Shown: positions 7,186 to 17,588 of the stretch, in pieces
How positions within the stretch are numbered: the stretch's first letter is position 1
Layout: each line of letters opens with the position of its first letter
From: Patescibacteria group bacterium
GTDB taxonomy: Bacteria > Patescibacteriota > Microgenomatia > UBA8517
Length of the DNA: 42,010 bases
Assembly (NCBI GenBank): GCA_038062915.1
Contig: JBBTWD010000012.1
Coordinates: forward strand, 1 to 42,010
Reading direction: 5' to 3'
Notes under the pieces: generated by a model
The model's database searches: none
The model's input: only the letters and a program-made list of their open reading frames with translations
What the model was told of the DNA's origin: nothing
Position numbers and translations under genes: made by a program

Positions 7186-7782
7186 ATGACCGACCAAAAG
7201 AAAAAACAAATCCAGTCTGTGGCTAAACAAAATGTGATTGAATCACTAAAGGGTATTGGTACTAGTGTAGGTAATGATTTCTTCAACGATCTTCTTGGCT
7301 TTAAAGGCTCACCAAGGAAAATCTCAGCTGAAATTGCGGCAGGGGAGTCGATGGATATAAATGAATCGTTTAGTGCCAGCTTCGAGGAAAACAAAAAACT
7401 TAAAGCTCAAATTTTACTTGAAAGGAACCTTTCATCAGATGAAAAAAGACTGTCTGAAGAAAAAATTGGAAAATTGAGAGTCCAATTGCAAGCTTTGATT
7501 TCGGAAATTGCCAAACTAGCTTTTTCTAACCAGGAACTTGCACAGGAATCTAAAATAGCCATGATGGAAGTTCCTGTAAACCCAGGAATATACCATATTG
7601 TATTTTTTGAGAAACTGATCAGTTTCATGCAGTCTTTCCGAAAGAAAATAGAAGAGGCGGGAATTTGGCTCCACTCGTCAAATAAAAGAAGTGAAAAGAA
7701 AAATTACTGGTCAATGTACAAGAAAAAAGGAAGTAGCTTCCTTTTATCCCCCGATCACTATCTTCAAAGATCGGCGGGTTAG
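7186..7782 (+). CDS. Conserved hypothetical protein (DUF5660-like)
   Basis: PGIYHIVFFEKL...WL...YWSMYKKKGSSF motif pattern. Confidence 0.65.
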   Translation: MTDQKKKQIQSVAKQNVIESLKGIGTSVGNDFFNDLLGFKGSPRKISAEIAAGESMDINESFSASFEENKKLKAQILLERNLSSDEKRLSEEKIGKLRVQLQALISEIAKLAFSNQELAQESKIAMMEVPVNPGIYHIVFFEKLISFMQSFRKKIEEAGIWLHSSNKRSEKKNYWSMYKKKGSSFLLSPDHYLQRSAG

Positions 7783-7801
7783 TGGTATAATTTTGCCTCA
7801 A

Positions 7802-7873
7802 GGACGACTAGCTCAGTGGTAGAGCGTCTCATTGACATTGAGAAGGTCGTTGGTTCAATCCCAACGTCGTCCA
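7802..7873 (+). tRNA. tRNA-Val(GAC)
   Basis: Acceptor GGACGAC/GTCGTCC; anticodon arm TCTCA-TTGACAT-TGAGA. Confidence 0.95.
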
Positions 7874-7883
7874 CAAGTTTCTG

Positions 7884-7956
7884 GGGCCGTTAGCTCACTT
7901 GGCAGAGCGCTTGCATGGCATGTAAGAGGCAGCCGGTTCGATCCCGGCACGGTCCA
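7884..7956 (+). tRNA. tRNA-Ala(GGC)
   Basis: Acceptor GGGCCGT/ACGGTCC with G3:U70; anticodon arm CTTGC-ATGGCAT-GTAAG. Confidence 0.95.
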
Positions 7957-8001
7957 CAAATTTGGAGGGTGAGCCTGCTCTCTGTGCGGTGTAACTTCAG
8001 G

Positions 8002-8022
8002 AAAATTCGGACATTTTTTAAG
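8002..8022 (+). repeat. Left 21-bp inverted repeat
   Basis: Exact reverse complement of 17746-17766. Confidence 0.85.
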
Positions 8023-8183
8023 GCACAAGTCTGAACTTTCGCGTGTTCACAGCTCGCCCCTCGCTTCGCACAGCACAAAATTTTCGCCGTTCCCTTTCTC
8101 TCCTAATTTCGCCAAAAAGGCAGGTTCATCCGAACATTACTTACCCGCTCCTAGCGGGCTCAGCTCCGCTTACCCGCTACTTT

Positions 8184-8211
8184 GACGAATTACACTTTAG
8201 GTAATTCGTCC
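8184..8211. repeat. Palindrome GACGAATTAC-N7-GTAATTCGTC
   Basis: 10-bp arms; GGTAATTCGTCC (8200-8211) recurs at 17769-17780. Confidence 0.75.
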
Positions 8212-8268
8212 GCGCTATATTTTTTCTTGCTTATTTCAAATTACTCTTTTGAGAGTTATAATTGCAAT

Positions 8269-9165
8269 ATGTTATCCGAACCGAGGTTTATTGAATTTGC
8301 AACAGAAGATGGTCTCACACTACCTGGACTTTTGTATGAAGTAAAAGGTTCTAAAAAAGTTGTCATTTATCTTCACGGAAATGGTAGCTCCTCTATTTTT
8401 TATGACGAGAGTGAACATCGGGATATGCCAGAACAATTAAGTCAAAAGGGTATTTCTTTTTTAATGTTTAACAATCGTGGAGCACATATCATTAAAAAAT
8501 TAAATGTTAAAAATGGAAATGAAGTTGAAAGAGAAAAGTTTGGTTGTGCTTATGAAAAAATCAAGGAATGTGTTTTAGATGTAGATGGAGCTGTAGAATT
8601 TCTTTAAAAATTGGGTTACTCAGAATTTTATTTGGTTTGGGTTTCAACTGGTGCAAATAAAATTTGTGTTTACGATCACTGCAAACCCAAAAATGTTTTT
8701 AGTAAATATGTACTACTTTGTGGTGGAGATGATACAGGAATCTACTACTCCGTTTTAGGTAAAGAAAAGTTTTTCAGACTTCTTAAAGAATCAGAAGAAA
8801 AAATAAAAAATGGCGAAGGTGAAGATTTAATCGAAGAATTATTACCAGACGAAATTTTTTCATATGTTGGTTTTTACGATATAGCTAATCCAGACGGAGA
8901 TTATAATTGTTTCCCTTTTTCAGAAGTCTTCACAAAAACAAAACTTTCAACAAAACCACTTTTTAGATATTTTGTAGAAATCAAAAAACCAAGTTTAGTA
9001 ATTTATGGAGAAAATGATGAGTATGCTTGGGGAGATATTAATAAAGTTATTAATATTTTGAAATCTTATCAGCCAGACTTTGAATACATAACGATTAACG
9101 ACGCAGACCATGGATTCACCGGGAAGAAAAAAGAACTAGCAGAAGCAATTTCTAATTGGATATAA
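8269..9165 (+). pseudogene. Alpha/beta hydrolase split by an in-frame TAA (8605-8607)
   Basis: YLHGNGS, then after the stop and in the same frame LVWVSTG (degenerate GxSxG), IYGENDE, ADHGF. Confidence 0.8.
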
Positions 9166-9171
9166 ATCAAT

Positions 9172-9852
9172 ATGGCATTTAGGGTTAAAGAGAGCGATTA
9201 TGATATAGATAAAAAGCCTGATACGTGTCCCTCGTGTGGTAAAGGTATATCTCCCGTTTTTTGTTTTCAGTATGGAATTGATACATGGAGACGCTATGAA
9301 GGATTTTTACAAATAGTTTATCGTTGCCCCCGCGAGGAATGTAATCGTTTATTCATTGCCAAATATGTTAACCCTGGTTATCCAACTGGTGATACATTAT
9401 TTCTTAACACGACTTATCTACTAGACATAACTGAATATGAGAAATTTTCTGAACTTATTGATAAAACTTCTGAAAAATTTCCGAGGATTTATAATCAAGC
9501 AAAAATTGCAGAAGAAAATGGACTAGACATGATAGCAGGACCCGGATATAGAAAAGCATTAGAATTTCTCGTAAAAGATTATCTTATAAAAACAAGTCCA
9601 GAACTTAAAGAAAAAATCAAAAAAGGACAACTTGGAGACGCAATAGCTCTAATAGCCGACACTCGAATCAAATCTTGTGCAAGTCACGCTACCTGGATTG
9701 GAAATGATGAAACTCACTATGTGAGAGTATGGGAGGATAAAGATCTTGAAGACCTTAAAAATTTAATCAAAATGGTTGTCGATTGGATTGACCTAGTAGA
9801 ACGTTCAAAAGAATATGAAGTAAGTATGCCTGGGAAAAAATCTTCAACCTGA
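9172..9852 (+). CDS. Zn-ribbon plus DUF4145 (HEPN-like) protein
   Basis: CPSC...CPREEC; GYRKALEFLVKD...WIGNDETH. Confidence 0.75.
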   Translation: MAFRVKESDYDIDKKPDTCPSCGKGISPVFCFQYGIDTWRRYEGFLQIVYRCPREECNRLFIAKYVNPGYPTGDTLFLNTTYLLDITEYEKFSELIDKTSEKFPRIYNQAKIAEENGLDMIAGPGYRKALEFLVKDYLIKTSPELKEKIKKGQLGDAIALIADTRIKSCASHATWIGNDETHYVRVWEDKDLEDLKNLIKMVVDWIDLVERSKEYEVSMPGKKSST

Positions 9853-9941
9853 AATCTGAATAGATGAGTACAAAAGTTATACTAGAACAAAATTTGTGTT
9901 CAATAGCACTTTAGCCTTGTACAATAGTGAAGTATCTCAGA

Positions 9942-10367
9942 CTATTTCAAATTCATCACCTTTTCCTTGAAGTGCTCAAACGCCTTTTTGTTATTTTCTT
10001 TTCCTAACAAACCCATTGCTTCGTCAAATGTGCACCATTTGTATTCTGAATGCTCTTCAGGATTGATTTTAATGTCATCGCTTTCTGAAATCTCAACTCC
10101 GTAAACCAAGTCTATATTTGGTTCGCCTCTTTTATTTTCCCAAGGAAAACTCCAAAGTCTGTCTGTAACATTTTTAATACTATCAAGACTGAGTTCTTCT
10201 TTAACACCACGTCTTAAACATTCTTCAATTGATTCGCCATCTTCCAAACTTTCGGTCAATGGTTGCCAAAAGTCACCGTCTTCTGGAACTCTCTTAATTA
10301 TTAAAAACTTAAAATCGTTACCAGATTTGGCAAACATTATTCCCTCAACTTTTATAGGTATATCCAT
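9942..10367 (-). CDS. NUDIX hydrolase (NudB-like)
   Basis: FWQPLTESLEDGESIEECLRRGVKEEL (degenerate Nudix box); EHSEYKW. Confidence 0.8.
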   Translation of the reverse strand: MDIPIKVEGIMFAKSGNDFKFLIIKRVPEDGDFWQPLTESLEDGESIEECLRRGVKEELSLDSIKNVTDRLWSFPWENKRGEPNIDLVYGVEISESDDIKINPEEHSEYKWCTFDEAMGLLGKENNKKAFEHFKEKVMNLK

Positions 10368-10410
10368 ACTTGTAATAATATCACTAACAACTGGCTAAGC
10401 AAGAATTAAA

Positions 10411-10755
10411 TTATCGTCTTTCAGGATTGTCTGAAAAATTTCCTTCTACAATAGTTTTTCCAGTTAATTCAGAAACTCTGGCTCTGACAGATATATTTAC
10501 TTCCAAGATTGATTTAGTTGAATCCACGCAAATTGTTTTTTCTGAAAGCTCTACAGGCAAGGTAGCCATTGTATGCTCAAAATCGCCATAATATCTTGTA
10601 AGGACTGTTTCATTAAATTTAGATTTTTCAGAAGTTCTATCCGAATTTCTTCCAATTAAAACATCTAATGGCGCATGGAGTAAAAATATTTGATCGGGTA
10701 GTAATATTTCATGCTTTCCTGATCTATTTTCAAAGAATCTTATCGAGTCAAGATC
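10411..10755 (-). pseudogene. C-terminal fragment of a thymidylate/nucleotide kinase-like gene
   Basis: LPDQIFLLHAPLDVLIGR...VDSTKSILEV; no P-loop; the upstream part of the track ORF is antisense to the S66 gene. Confidence 0.55.
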
Positions 10756-11673
10756 GTTGTCACTCATTTCGATCGAGCAAAGGAATTTTGCGAACAAAAG
10801 ATTTGAGGATTTGGGTTTTAAAGTTTCTTTTGGAAAACACCTCGAAGAAATTGATGATTTTTCCTCATCTCCAATTAATTCAAGAATAGAAGATTTACAC
10901 AATGCTTTTAGTGATAAAAATGTTAAAGCAATTTTGACCGTAATTGGCGGTCATAATAGTAATCAGCTATTGGATTATATTGATTGGGAATTAATTCGTA
11001 ACAACCCAAAAATTCTTTGTGGTTTTTCCGATATCACTGCTTTAAATAATTCCATCTTAGCCAAGACTGGATTGGTTACTTATTCTGGATCACATTACTC
11101 AACTTTTAGTCAAAAATTACATTTTGATTACACTCTCGATTATTTTAAAAAATGTCTAATGACTAATGATCAATTTGAAATAAAACCGAGTAGTGAATGG
11201 AGTGATGACCAATGGTATATAGACCAAGAAAAAAGAAACTTGATAAAAAATGATGGGTACTTAGTTATTAATGATGGAGAAGCAGAAGGAACAATAATTG
11301 GTGGCAATCTTTGTACTTTTAATCTTCTTCAAGGAACTAAGTATCTTCCTAATTAGAAGGCTCAATTTTATTTTTAGAAGAAGATGAATTAACTTTCCCT
11401 GAAAACTTTGATAGAGATTTGCAGTCAATCATTCATCAACCAGGATTTGATGGGGTTCTGGGCGTTGTTATTGGCCGTTTCCAAAAAACCAGTAAAATAT
11501 CCTCTGATTTGTTAGCACAAATCATTAAATCAAAAAAAGAATTAAATAATATTCCAATTATGGCTAATGTTGATTTTGGCCATACAGATCCTAAAATTAC
11601 ACTTCCAATAGGTGGACAAGTGAAAATATCTGTAAATAACTTAAAGGCAATAATTGAGATACTAGAACACTAA
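10748..11673 (+). pseudogene. LD-carboxypeptidase/MccF (peptidase S66), 5'-truncated and frameshifted near 11354
   Basis: SRSLSLIS, IGGHNSNQLL, GFSDITAL, GGNL; continues in another frame as LEGSILFLEED...VDFGHTDP. Confidence 0.85.
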
Positions 11674-12188
11674 TGCAAGGCCACGAAATAGAGATATTAG
11701 AAGCTACCCTAAAAGACGTAGAGGGAATAATAAAAGTCCAACAAGTTGTTTGGCTTGATACTTATCCGAACAAAGAAATAGGGATTACCTATAAAGATGT
11801 TGAGGAACAGACTAAGCAGTTTAATACCGAAAGGTTGATTAAGAAATTATCTGATCCATGCAGACACTATTGGGTTGCAAAAACTGAAGGAAATATTATC
11901 GGTATGCTCACCGTTTCAAAAGGTGAAGAAATAAACACATTGCAGGCACTCTATATACTTCCTGAGTTTCAAGATAAAGGTGTGGGATCAAAACTTATTA
12001 AAAAAGGTTTAGAGTGGCTTGGGACAGAAAAGAATGTTGTATTGGGTGTGGCATCGTATAACAAAAATACAATAGAGTTTTATAAAAAATTCGGGTTTGT
12101 AGAAAAAGGAGAAAGACATGATGAAATTGCAACACTCCCTTCTGGAAAAGTCATACCTGAAATAGAAATGGTATTATCTTTCATCTAA
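11673..12188 (+). CDS. GNAT N-acetyltransferase
   Basis: LYILPEFQDKGVGSKL; N..TIEFYKKFGF. Confidence 0.9.
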   Translation: MQGHEIEILEATLKDVEGIIKVQQVVWLDTYPNKEIGITYKDVEEQTKQFNTERLIKKLSDPCRHYWVAKTEGNIIGMLTVSKGEEINTLQALYILPEFQDKGVGSKLIKKGLEWLGTEKNVVLGVASYNKNTIEFYKKFGFVEKGERHDEIATLPSGKVIPEIEMVLSFI

Positions 12189-12296
12189 GGATTATCAATA
12201 GAACCTAACTTACCCCTGCTTGTTTTTCATGGATACTCAAAACTTAAGGTTATTTCCTTAATTCCCAGATTCGTGTAAAATACCAGTATTGAAACT

Positions 12297-12737
12297 ATGG
12301 GTATTGAGAAAAATAGATTTATGGAACCTGAAATCAATCAGAAGGCATTGGTTGCCAGTGCAGATAAGCTTGGCTTTGCTACTTATGATCGTGTTCTATT
12401 TCAGGATCTAGATTTGAATATAAAGATGGGTGAGGTAACGGCTATAACTGGTAAAAGCGGTTCTGGAAAAACTGTCATTCTTAGGATTCTAGCTGGAGAA
12501 GAAAAACAGCAAGAAGGAAAAGTTTTTATTAATCCCAGAGCTAAAGTCATATTTGTTCCGCAAAAACTCGAAGATGTTGATGTTGATAAGAACCAAAATA
12601 TAAGGGATCTTTTCAAGGACGCTCGTGGCTTAAGTGAGATTGAGACAAAGATGGCAGAATATGAAGCTAGGTTAGCCGATCAAAAATATGACGAAAAAAC
12701 TGTCGAAGAATACAATGATCTTAGCATCACCATCTAA
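12297..12737 (+). pseudogene. N-terminal fragment of an ABC-F-type ATPase
   Basis: Walker A GKSGSGKT, Q-loop VPQ, arm helix; ends before the signature and Walker B motifs. Confidence 0.75.
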
Positions 12738-12806
12738 TGGATATCTGATAACAATATCTAGATCGTTAACCGTTTCGAGATAAACAAGATTGCTTGATTT
12801 GGTCAC
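12712..12806 (-). pseudogene. N-terminal fragment of a probable GNAT-like gene, fused tail-to-tail to the ABC-F fragment
   Basis: GTG start with TATAAT at 12821-12816; MTKSSNLVYLETVNDLDIVIRYPLDGDAKI. Confidence 0.45.
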
Positions 12807-12845
12807 AATACTTTTATTATATCAACTGAGGGAAAATTTTCTAAT

Positions 12846-13754
12846 TCAATTTTTATGACTTACGGATAGTGAAGAATTGACTAAAGATTTATATACAAGT
12901 TTTATCCCTTCTTCAACTGTTGTCTCAGGTAACCAATTAGCTTCCTTTTTAATCTTTTCTACAGAATAAAATATCTCTTTTACTTTGTCTTTCTTCTGTT
13001 TTTTAAAAACTATTTTATATTTTTTACTTGAGATTTTTTCCAAAATTGAAATTATATCCAAGATGGAAAAACTTTTCCCCGTTCCAACATTGTATATACC
13101 GTATAAGTTTTTCCTTATAGATAAAGATAATATCTTGGCAACATCTTCAACAAAAACTAAATCCCGCTTCTGTTTACCATCACCATATACCGTAACAATA
13201 CCTTTATTAAAAAGGTCACTACATAATTCATAAATGACACCCTTTTTATTTCCAGATCCATATAAACTGAAAAATCTTAAAATTGTATACTGATTTCCGT
13301 CTTTTTTACCCCATTCTTCTATGATTTTTTCTGCTTTAAATTTACTCATACCATATTCGGTATCCGGATGGCATTTGTCGGATTCTTTAAAAAGTTTTTT
13401 ATTCGAACTACCATAAACAGCTACTGTTGAAGAAAATATAATTTTCTTCACGGTATGTTTAGACGCTTCCATAATCAAGTTTCTTGTTGTATCAACGTTT
13501 CCTTTATCCATACGTGTATTTCCTGATAAGACTTGGCCTGCTAAATGAATCAAAATTTCACATCCTTCAAGAAATTCGTCAAGGCCTTCTTTAGTCAAAA
13601 GATTTCCTTTTACGACTTTGACTGATTTTGGGTATGAGGCCCCATTAAAATCCAAAACAGTTATTAAAAAACTGCTCCTCGCTAAATAGTGGAGTAAACT
13701 TCTACCGACAAAGCCAGAGGCTCCCGTAATCGAAATTTTTTGATATTTCGGCAT
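12846..13754 (-). CDS. NAD-dependent epimerase/dehydratase
   Basis: TGASGFVG; SSTVAVYG; YGMSK; GDGKQKRDLVFVED. Confidence 0.9.
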   Translation of the reverse strand: MPKYQKISITGASGFVGRSLLHYLARSSFLITVLDFNGASYPKSVKVVKGNLLTKEGLDEFLEGCEILIHLAGQVLSGNTRMDKGNVDTTRNLIMEASKHTVKKIIFSSTVAVYGSSNKKLFKESDKCHPDTEYGMSKFKAEKIIEEWGKKDGNQYTILRFFSLYGSGNKKGVIYELCSDLFNKGIVTVYGDGKQKRDLVFVEDVAKILSLSIRKNLYGIYNVGTGKSFSILDIISILEKISSKKYKIVFKKQKKDKVKEIFYSVEKIKKEANWLPETTVEEGIKLVYKSLVNSSLSVSHKN

Positions 13755-13765
13755 TTTTTATGAAG

Positions 13766-14776
13766 CTAAAACCAACCTTCTGCTTTTAGTATTTGGACAA
13801 GCTCATCCTTACCCAGTCGTTTTGCTGTGGCCGAAGAGTAATGAAGCTCATCTAATCTTACTAAATCTTTGTATTTATTTGTAATAATGGATGTTTCTAT
13901 TTGAGGCAAAATAACGAAGTAGTTTCCTATCTCAACTGTTCTAATGGATTCAGAAGAACTTATAAGAGTCTCGTGGATTTTCTCACCTGCTCTTATGCCA
14001 ATATTAACAATGTTAACTTTACTTTTAGGAATATTACTAAGCATGGCATCGGCCAAATCGGCAATTGTGTGTGCGGACATTTTCTTAACAAAGACTTCAC
14101 CCCCAACCCCTTCTTTTAAAGCCGTGAGAACAAGTTCGACACTTTCTTTAAGAGTTAACATAAAGCGTGTCATTTTAGAATCTGTAATTGTTATCGGTTT
14201 AAAGTCGCCTATAAGCGATTTAAAAAGGGGAACTACGGAACCTCGAGATCCTAAAACATTACCACATCTAGTTGACACAAATACTGTTTTTGCATTAGTG
14301 GTATAAAGATTGGCAGTTGTAATTAATCGTTCCTGAAGAGCTTTTGTCATTCCATAAGCGTTAATCGGTTCAACAGCTTTATCTGTAGAAAGAGCGACAA
14401 CCTTTTCAACACTTTCCTCTCTCGCAGCTTCGATAATATTTTGCGCTCCCAGAATGTTAGTTTTAATTCCATCCCAAACATTATATTCGACCTCAGTAAT
14501 CCATTTAAGAGCTGCTGCGTGGATAATAATATCGACTCCTCTTATTGCTTCTCTTACACTCCTATAATCTCTGATATCTCCCAATATAAACCGCAATCTT
14601 TTTTCATTTTTATATTCCAAGCGCATCGTCCCCTGTTTAACTTCATCCCGACTAAACACTACAATTTCTTTAGGACTATAGTTCAGTATCTCTCGAATAA
14701 ACATCTTTCCAAAGGAACCCGTTCCGCCTGTTATAAGTATTCTTTTGCCGTAGATCATGTCTGCCTGATTCTGCAT
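13766..14776 (-). CDS. UDP-GlcNAc 4,6-dehydratase (PseB/FnlA/CapD-type)
   Basis: TGGTGSFG; SRDE; HAAALK; LSTDKA; YGMTK; GNVLGSRGSVVP; start placed at ATG 14776, 7 nt after TATAAT. Confidence 0.9.
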   Translation of the reverse strand: MQNQADMIYGKRILITGGTGSFGKMFIREILNYSPKEIVVFSRDEVKQGTMRLEYKNEKRLRFILGDIRDYRSVREAIRGVDIIIHAAALKWITEVEYNVWDGIKTNILGAQNIIEAAREESVEKVVALSTDKAVEPINAYGMTKALQERLITTANLYTTNAKTVFVSTRCGNVLGSRGSVVPLFKSLIGDFKPITITDSKMTRFMLTLKESVELVLTALKEGVGGEVFVKKMSAHTIADLADAMLSNIPKSKVNIVNIGIRAGEKIHETLISSSESIRTVEIGNYFVILPQIETSIITNKYKDLVRLDELHYSSATAKRLGKDELVQILKAEGWF

Positions 14777-14885
14777 AAAGGTAATTATATCACAATGTAT
14801 CATCCGAGCCTCAGAACTTACTCTTTCACAGTAAAATACCTTGAATTAAAAAATCATTTCGAAATCCTGTATAATCGAGTTATTA

Positions 14886-15593
14886 ATGAAAAAATCTAAT
14901 TTTGTATTGCCAACCTTAGTTTTTCATTCAGTGGGAAAGGGTGCTGGTAAGGATTTATACGCTTTAGAACCCGCTCAGTTTGATGCTATTGTGGCAATGA
15001 TTGTTGAAAAGTTTGGTGGTACAGTGAGCATGGAAGATATTTTTGCGAGCCAAAGTCCTCCTGTAAACCGGAACGGAGTTTTATTAACATTTGATGATGG
15101 TTACAATGACCATTCTGAAGTGGTGCTCCCAATCTTAAAAAAATATAATGCCAAGGCAACTTTTTTCTTATTACCTAAATATTTTGGTCAAAAAAACCTG
15201 TGGGATCACCGATCACAAGTAATATTAAATCACATATCAATTGAGCAGGCTAAAGAGTTAGTGAAGGAAGGCCATACTGTTGGTAGTCATGGATTAACAC
15301 ATAATTCGTTACTTAAATTTAGCGATCGACAACTTAAAACTGAACTTCAAAAATCAAAAGAAATCCTTGAAAATACTCTGCAAATTAATGTGAATTGTTT
15401 TTCGTACCCATACGGAGATTTTGATCAGAATATCAGTAAAATGGCATCTGGTATCTATAAATATTCTTTTGCTACAAATAAAGAAACGGCTCCTGATTGG
15501 AATCAATTTGAGTACTCTCAAATTAGAAGAGAGCGTATCTTGTCAAACATGGGCTTGAATGAAATAGAGACTTTGATAAATGAATATAAATAA
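14886..15593 (+). CDS. Polysaccharide deacetylase (CE4)
   Basis: LTFDDGY; GSHGLTH; FSYPYG. Confidence 0.9.
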   Translation: MKKSNFVLPTLVFHSVGKGAGKDLYALEPAQFDAIVAMIVEKFGGTVSMEDIFASQSPPVNRNGVLLTFDDGYNDHSEVVLPILKKYNAKATFFLLPKYFGQKNLWDHRSQVILNHISIEQAKELVKEGHTVGSHGLTHNSLLKFSDRQLKTELQKSKEILENTLQINVNCFSYPYGDFDQNISKMASGIYKYSFATNKETAPDWNQFEYSQIRRERILSNMGLNEIETLINEYK

Positions 15594-16467
15594 AAAACAC
15601 TTTTCAATTGGAATTGTAACACCTGTAAAAAACGAGGAGGATACACTACAAAATTTAGCAAATTGTATCCTTAGTCAAACTAGGTTGCCTGATCATTGGC
15701 TGATTGTAGACGACGGATCATCAGATACCACTCCCTCTATTATTAATAGCCTTAAAAAGAAATATAACTGGATAACCAGTATCAGCCTACCTGATCGAGG
15801 ATATTACAGCCGAGGAGAAGGTAGTTATAGTACTGCAGCAAAGGGCTTCAAATATATGTTAGCTTCTTTTGATGTTCAGGTCTTAGGTATTTTTGATGCG
15901 GATATCTCATTTGAAAAAACAACGATTGAACGTATTCGTGATGCGTTCCTAAAATCAAATAAACTAGGTATTTATGGTGGAGAAATTGTTGAGTTAATAG
16001 ATGGCAAGTGGATAACCCCGATGATATTACCCAAAGATTTTGTAAGGGGTGCGTGTAAGTTTTTTCGTAGGCAATGTTATGAAGATATTGGGGGAATCAA
16101 ATTAGGAAAATCTAGTAATGTTATTAGCAACATGGAAGCGCTTATGTATGGTTGGGAGGTAAAAAGAGATAGCACATTATTAATTAAGCATCTTCGTTCA
16201 GGTGGATCGAGAGATAATTATGTGCAGCGATACACGAAAGGGGGTGTAGAAGCAGCTTATATAGGTAGTGACTCCCTACTTACACTTGTACGTGGGGTAA
16301 GAAAGATGATTAAATCAAAACCATATTTTTTAGGTGGACTTATTTTTCTGGGTACCTATTTTAATAAAGCCTTTTTACGCAGAGATCAATATTCTAATCC
16401 AAAGTTGTTAAAGTTTATTCAAAAGCGCCATAGACAAATTTTATGGGAAGGGTTTTATAGATGGTAA
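15580..16467 (+). CDS. GT2-family glycosyltransferase
   Basis: TPVKNEE; VDDGSSD; DAD. Confidence 0.9.
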   Translation: MNINKKHFSIGIVTPVKNEEDTLQNLANCILSQTRLPDHWLIVDDGSSDTTPSIINSLKKKYNWITSISLPDRGYYSRGEGSYSTAAKGFKYMLASFDVQVLGIFDADISFEKTTIERIRDAFLKSNKLGIYGGEIVELIDGKWITPMILPKDFVRGACKFFRRQCYEDIGGIKLGKSSNVISNMEALMYGWEVKRDSTLLIKHLRSGGSRDNYVQRYTKGGVEAAYIGSDSLLTLVRGVRKMIKSKPYFLGGLIFLGTYFNKAFLRRDQYSNPKLLKFIQKRHRQILWEGFYRW

Positions 16468-16476
16468 AAATAAAAT

Positions 16477-17082
16477 ATGACTAAAAAAGTTTTCCCAATG
16501 CGTACTATCTCACCAGAAGGTGCGCCAATACCATCACACGCAAAACTAGCTTTTAAGGGAAAGGTGTTCGAAGTTTGGCAATGGGAACAAAAATTGTTTG
16601 ATGGTAGTGTTGAAACCTTTGAACAGTTGAAAAGACAAAACACGGCCCAAGTCATACCTGTAGTGGGAGATAATATTCTCATACAGCTTGAGTCGCAGCC
16701 TAACGTATCGCAATCTTTTTTGTCATTACCTGGTGGCAGATGTCTTCCAGATGAAAAATCTCTTGATGCAGCTAAACGAGAATTATTAGAAGAAACTGGT
16801 TACACATCAAACGATTGGATATTGTGCAAAGAACAGAATTCTATAGGTAGAATTGACTGGACGGTCTATACATATATTGCTCGTAATTGTATTTTCCAAA
16901 AACCCCAACAATTAGATTCCGGAGAAAAGATAAACACACGCCTTGTTACTTTTGATGAATTTCTTATGCTTTCAGAAGATCAATCTTTTTACGAAAGAGA
17001 GTTAATTCCAATGCTACTCTATGCTAGATTTGATCAGAAAATCAAGGATGAATTTCGTAATTTACTCTTTAAGAAAAGGTAA
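16477..17082 (+). CDS. NUDIX hydrolase (ADP-ribose pyrophosphatase-like)
   Basis: LPGG...AAKRELLEETGY. Confidence 0.9.
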   Translation: MTKKVFPMRTISPEGAPIPSHAKLAFKGKVFEVWQWEQKLFDGSVETFEQLKRQNTAQVIPVVGDNILIQLESQPNVSQSFLSLPGGRCLPDEKSLDAAKRELLEETGYTSNDWILCKEQNSIGRIDWTVYTYIARNCIFQKPQQLDSGEKINTRLVTFDEFLMLSEDQSFYERELIPMLLYARFDQKIKDEFRNLLFKKR

Positions 17083-17095
17083 TTTATAAAAAATA

Positions 17096-17581
17096 ATGAA
17101 ACAAAATACTATTTCAAATTCCTCTAAATTGAAATATAGAAACGGCGTAATTGGTCTTATTTTAAATAAAGATAAAAGAATTTTAATCGTACAATCAGTT
17201 GATTATGGCAAAAACGAGTGGAGATTTCCTGGTGGAGGAATCGAAGCCGGAGAATTGTCCAAAAACGCTTTGTTACGTGAATTGTTAGAAGAATTAGGTA
17301 CCAACAAGTTTGAAATCATTAAAAAAAGTGATGTTGTAATAAAATATGATTGGCCACTGGAAGTTATAAAAAAGAGACTTATAGACAAAGGTAAAACATA
17401 TAAAGGCCAAATACAAATACAATACTTGGTTAACTTTGTGGGAAATCTAGACGAAATAAAAATAACTAAAAAGGAATTAAGAAAAATTAAATGGGTGAGT
17501 TTTAGGGATCTAAAGTTGTATTTTAAATTTCCTGGCCAATTGGAAAATGCACGAAAGACAATTGAGGGGTTTGGTTTATAA
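17096..17581 (+). CDS. NUDIX hydrolase (RppH-like)
   Basis: YRNGV; WRFPGGGIEAGE...RELLEELG; YDWP; YKGQIQ. Confidence 0.85.
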   Translation: MKQNTISNSSKLKYRNGVIGLILNKDKRILIVQSVDYGKNEWRFPGGGIEAGELSKNALLRELLEELGTNKFEIIKKSDVVIKYDWPLEVIKKRLIDKGKTYKGQIQIQYLVNFVGNLDEIKITKKELRKIKWVSFRDLKLYFKFPGQLENARKTIEGFGL

Positions 17582-17588
17582 TTAAATT

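Noticed and set aside
7890-8078. 62-aa ORF antisense to tRNA-Ala
   Set aside because: Overlaps the tRNA and repeat block; no protein motif
8605-8607. Stop-codon recoding or alternative genetic code
   Set aside because: TAA, TAG and TGA all end core genes normally; the same gene also has a degenerate GxSxG motif, consistent with decay
12792-12807. Match to repeat A (TGTGACCAAAT) on the minus strand
   Set aside because: Only 11 bp and coincides with a probable gene start; likely chance
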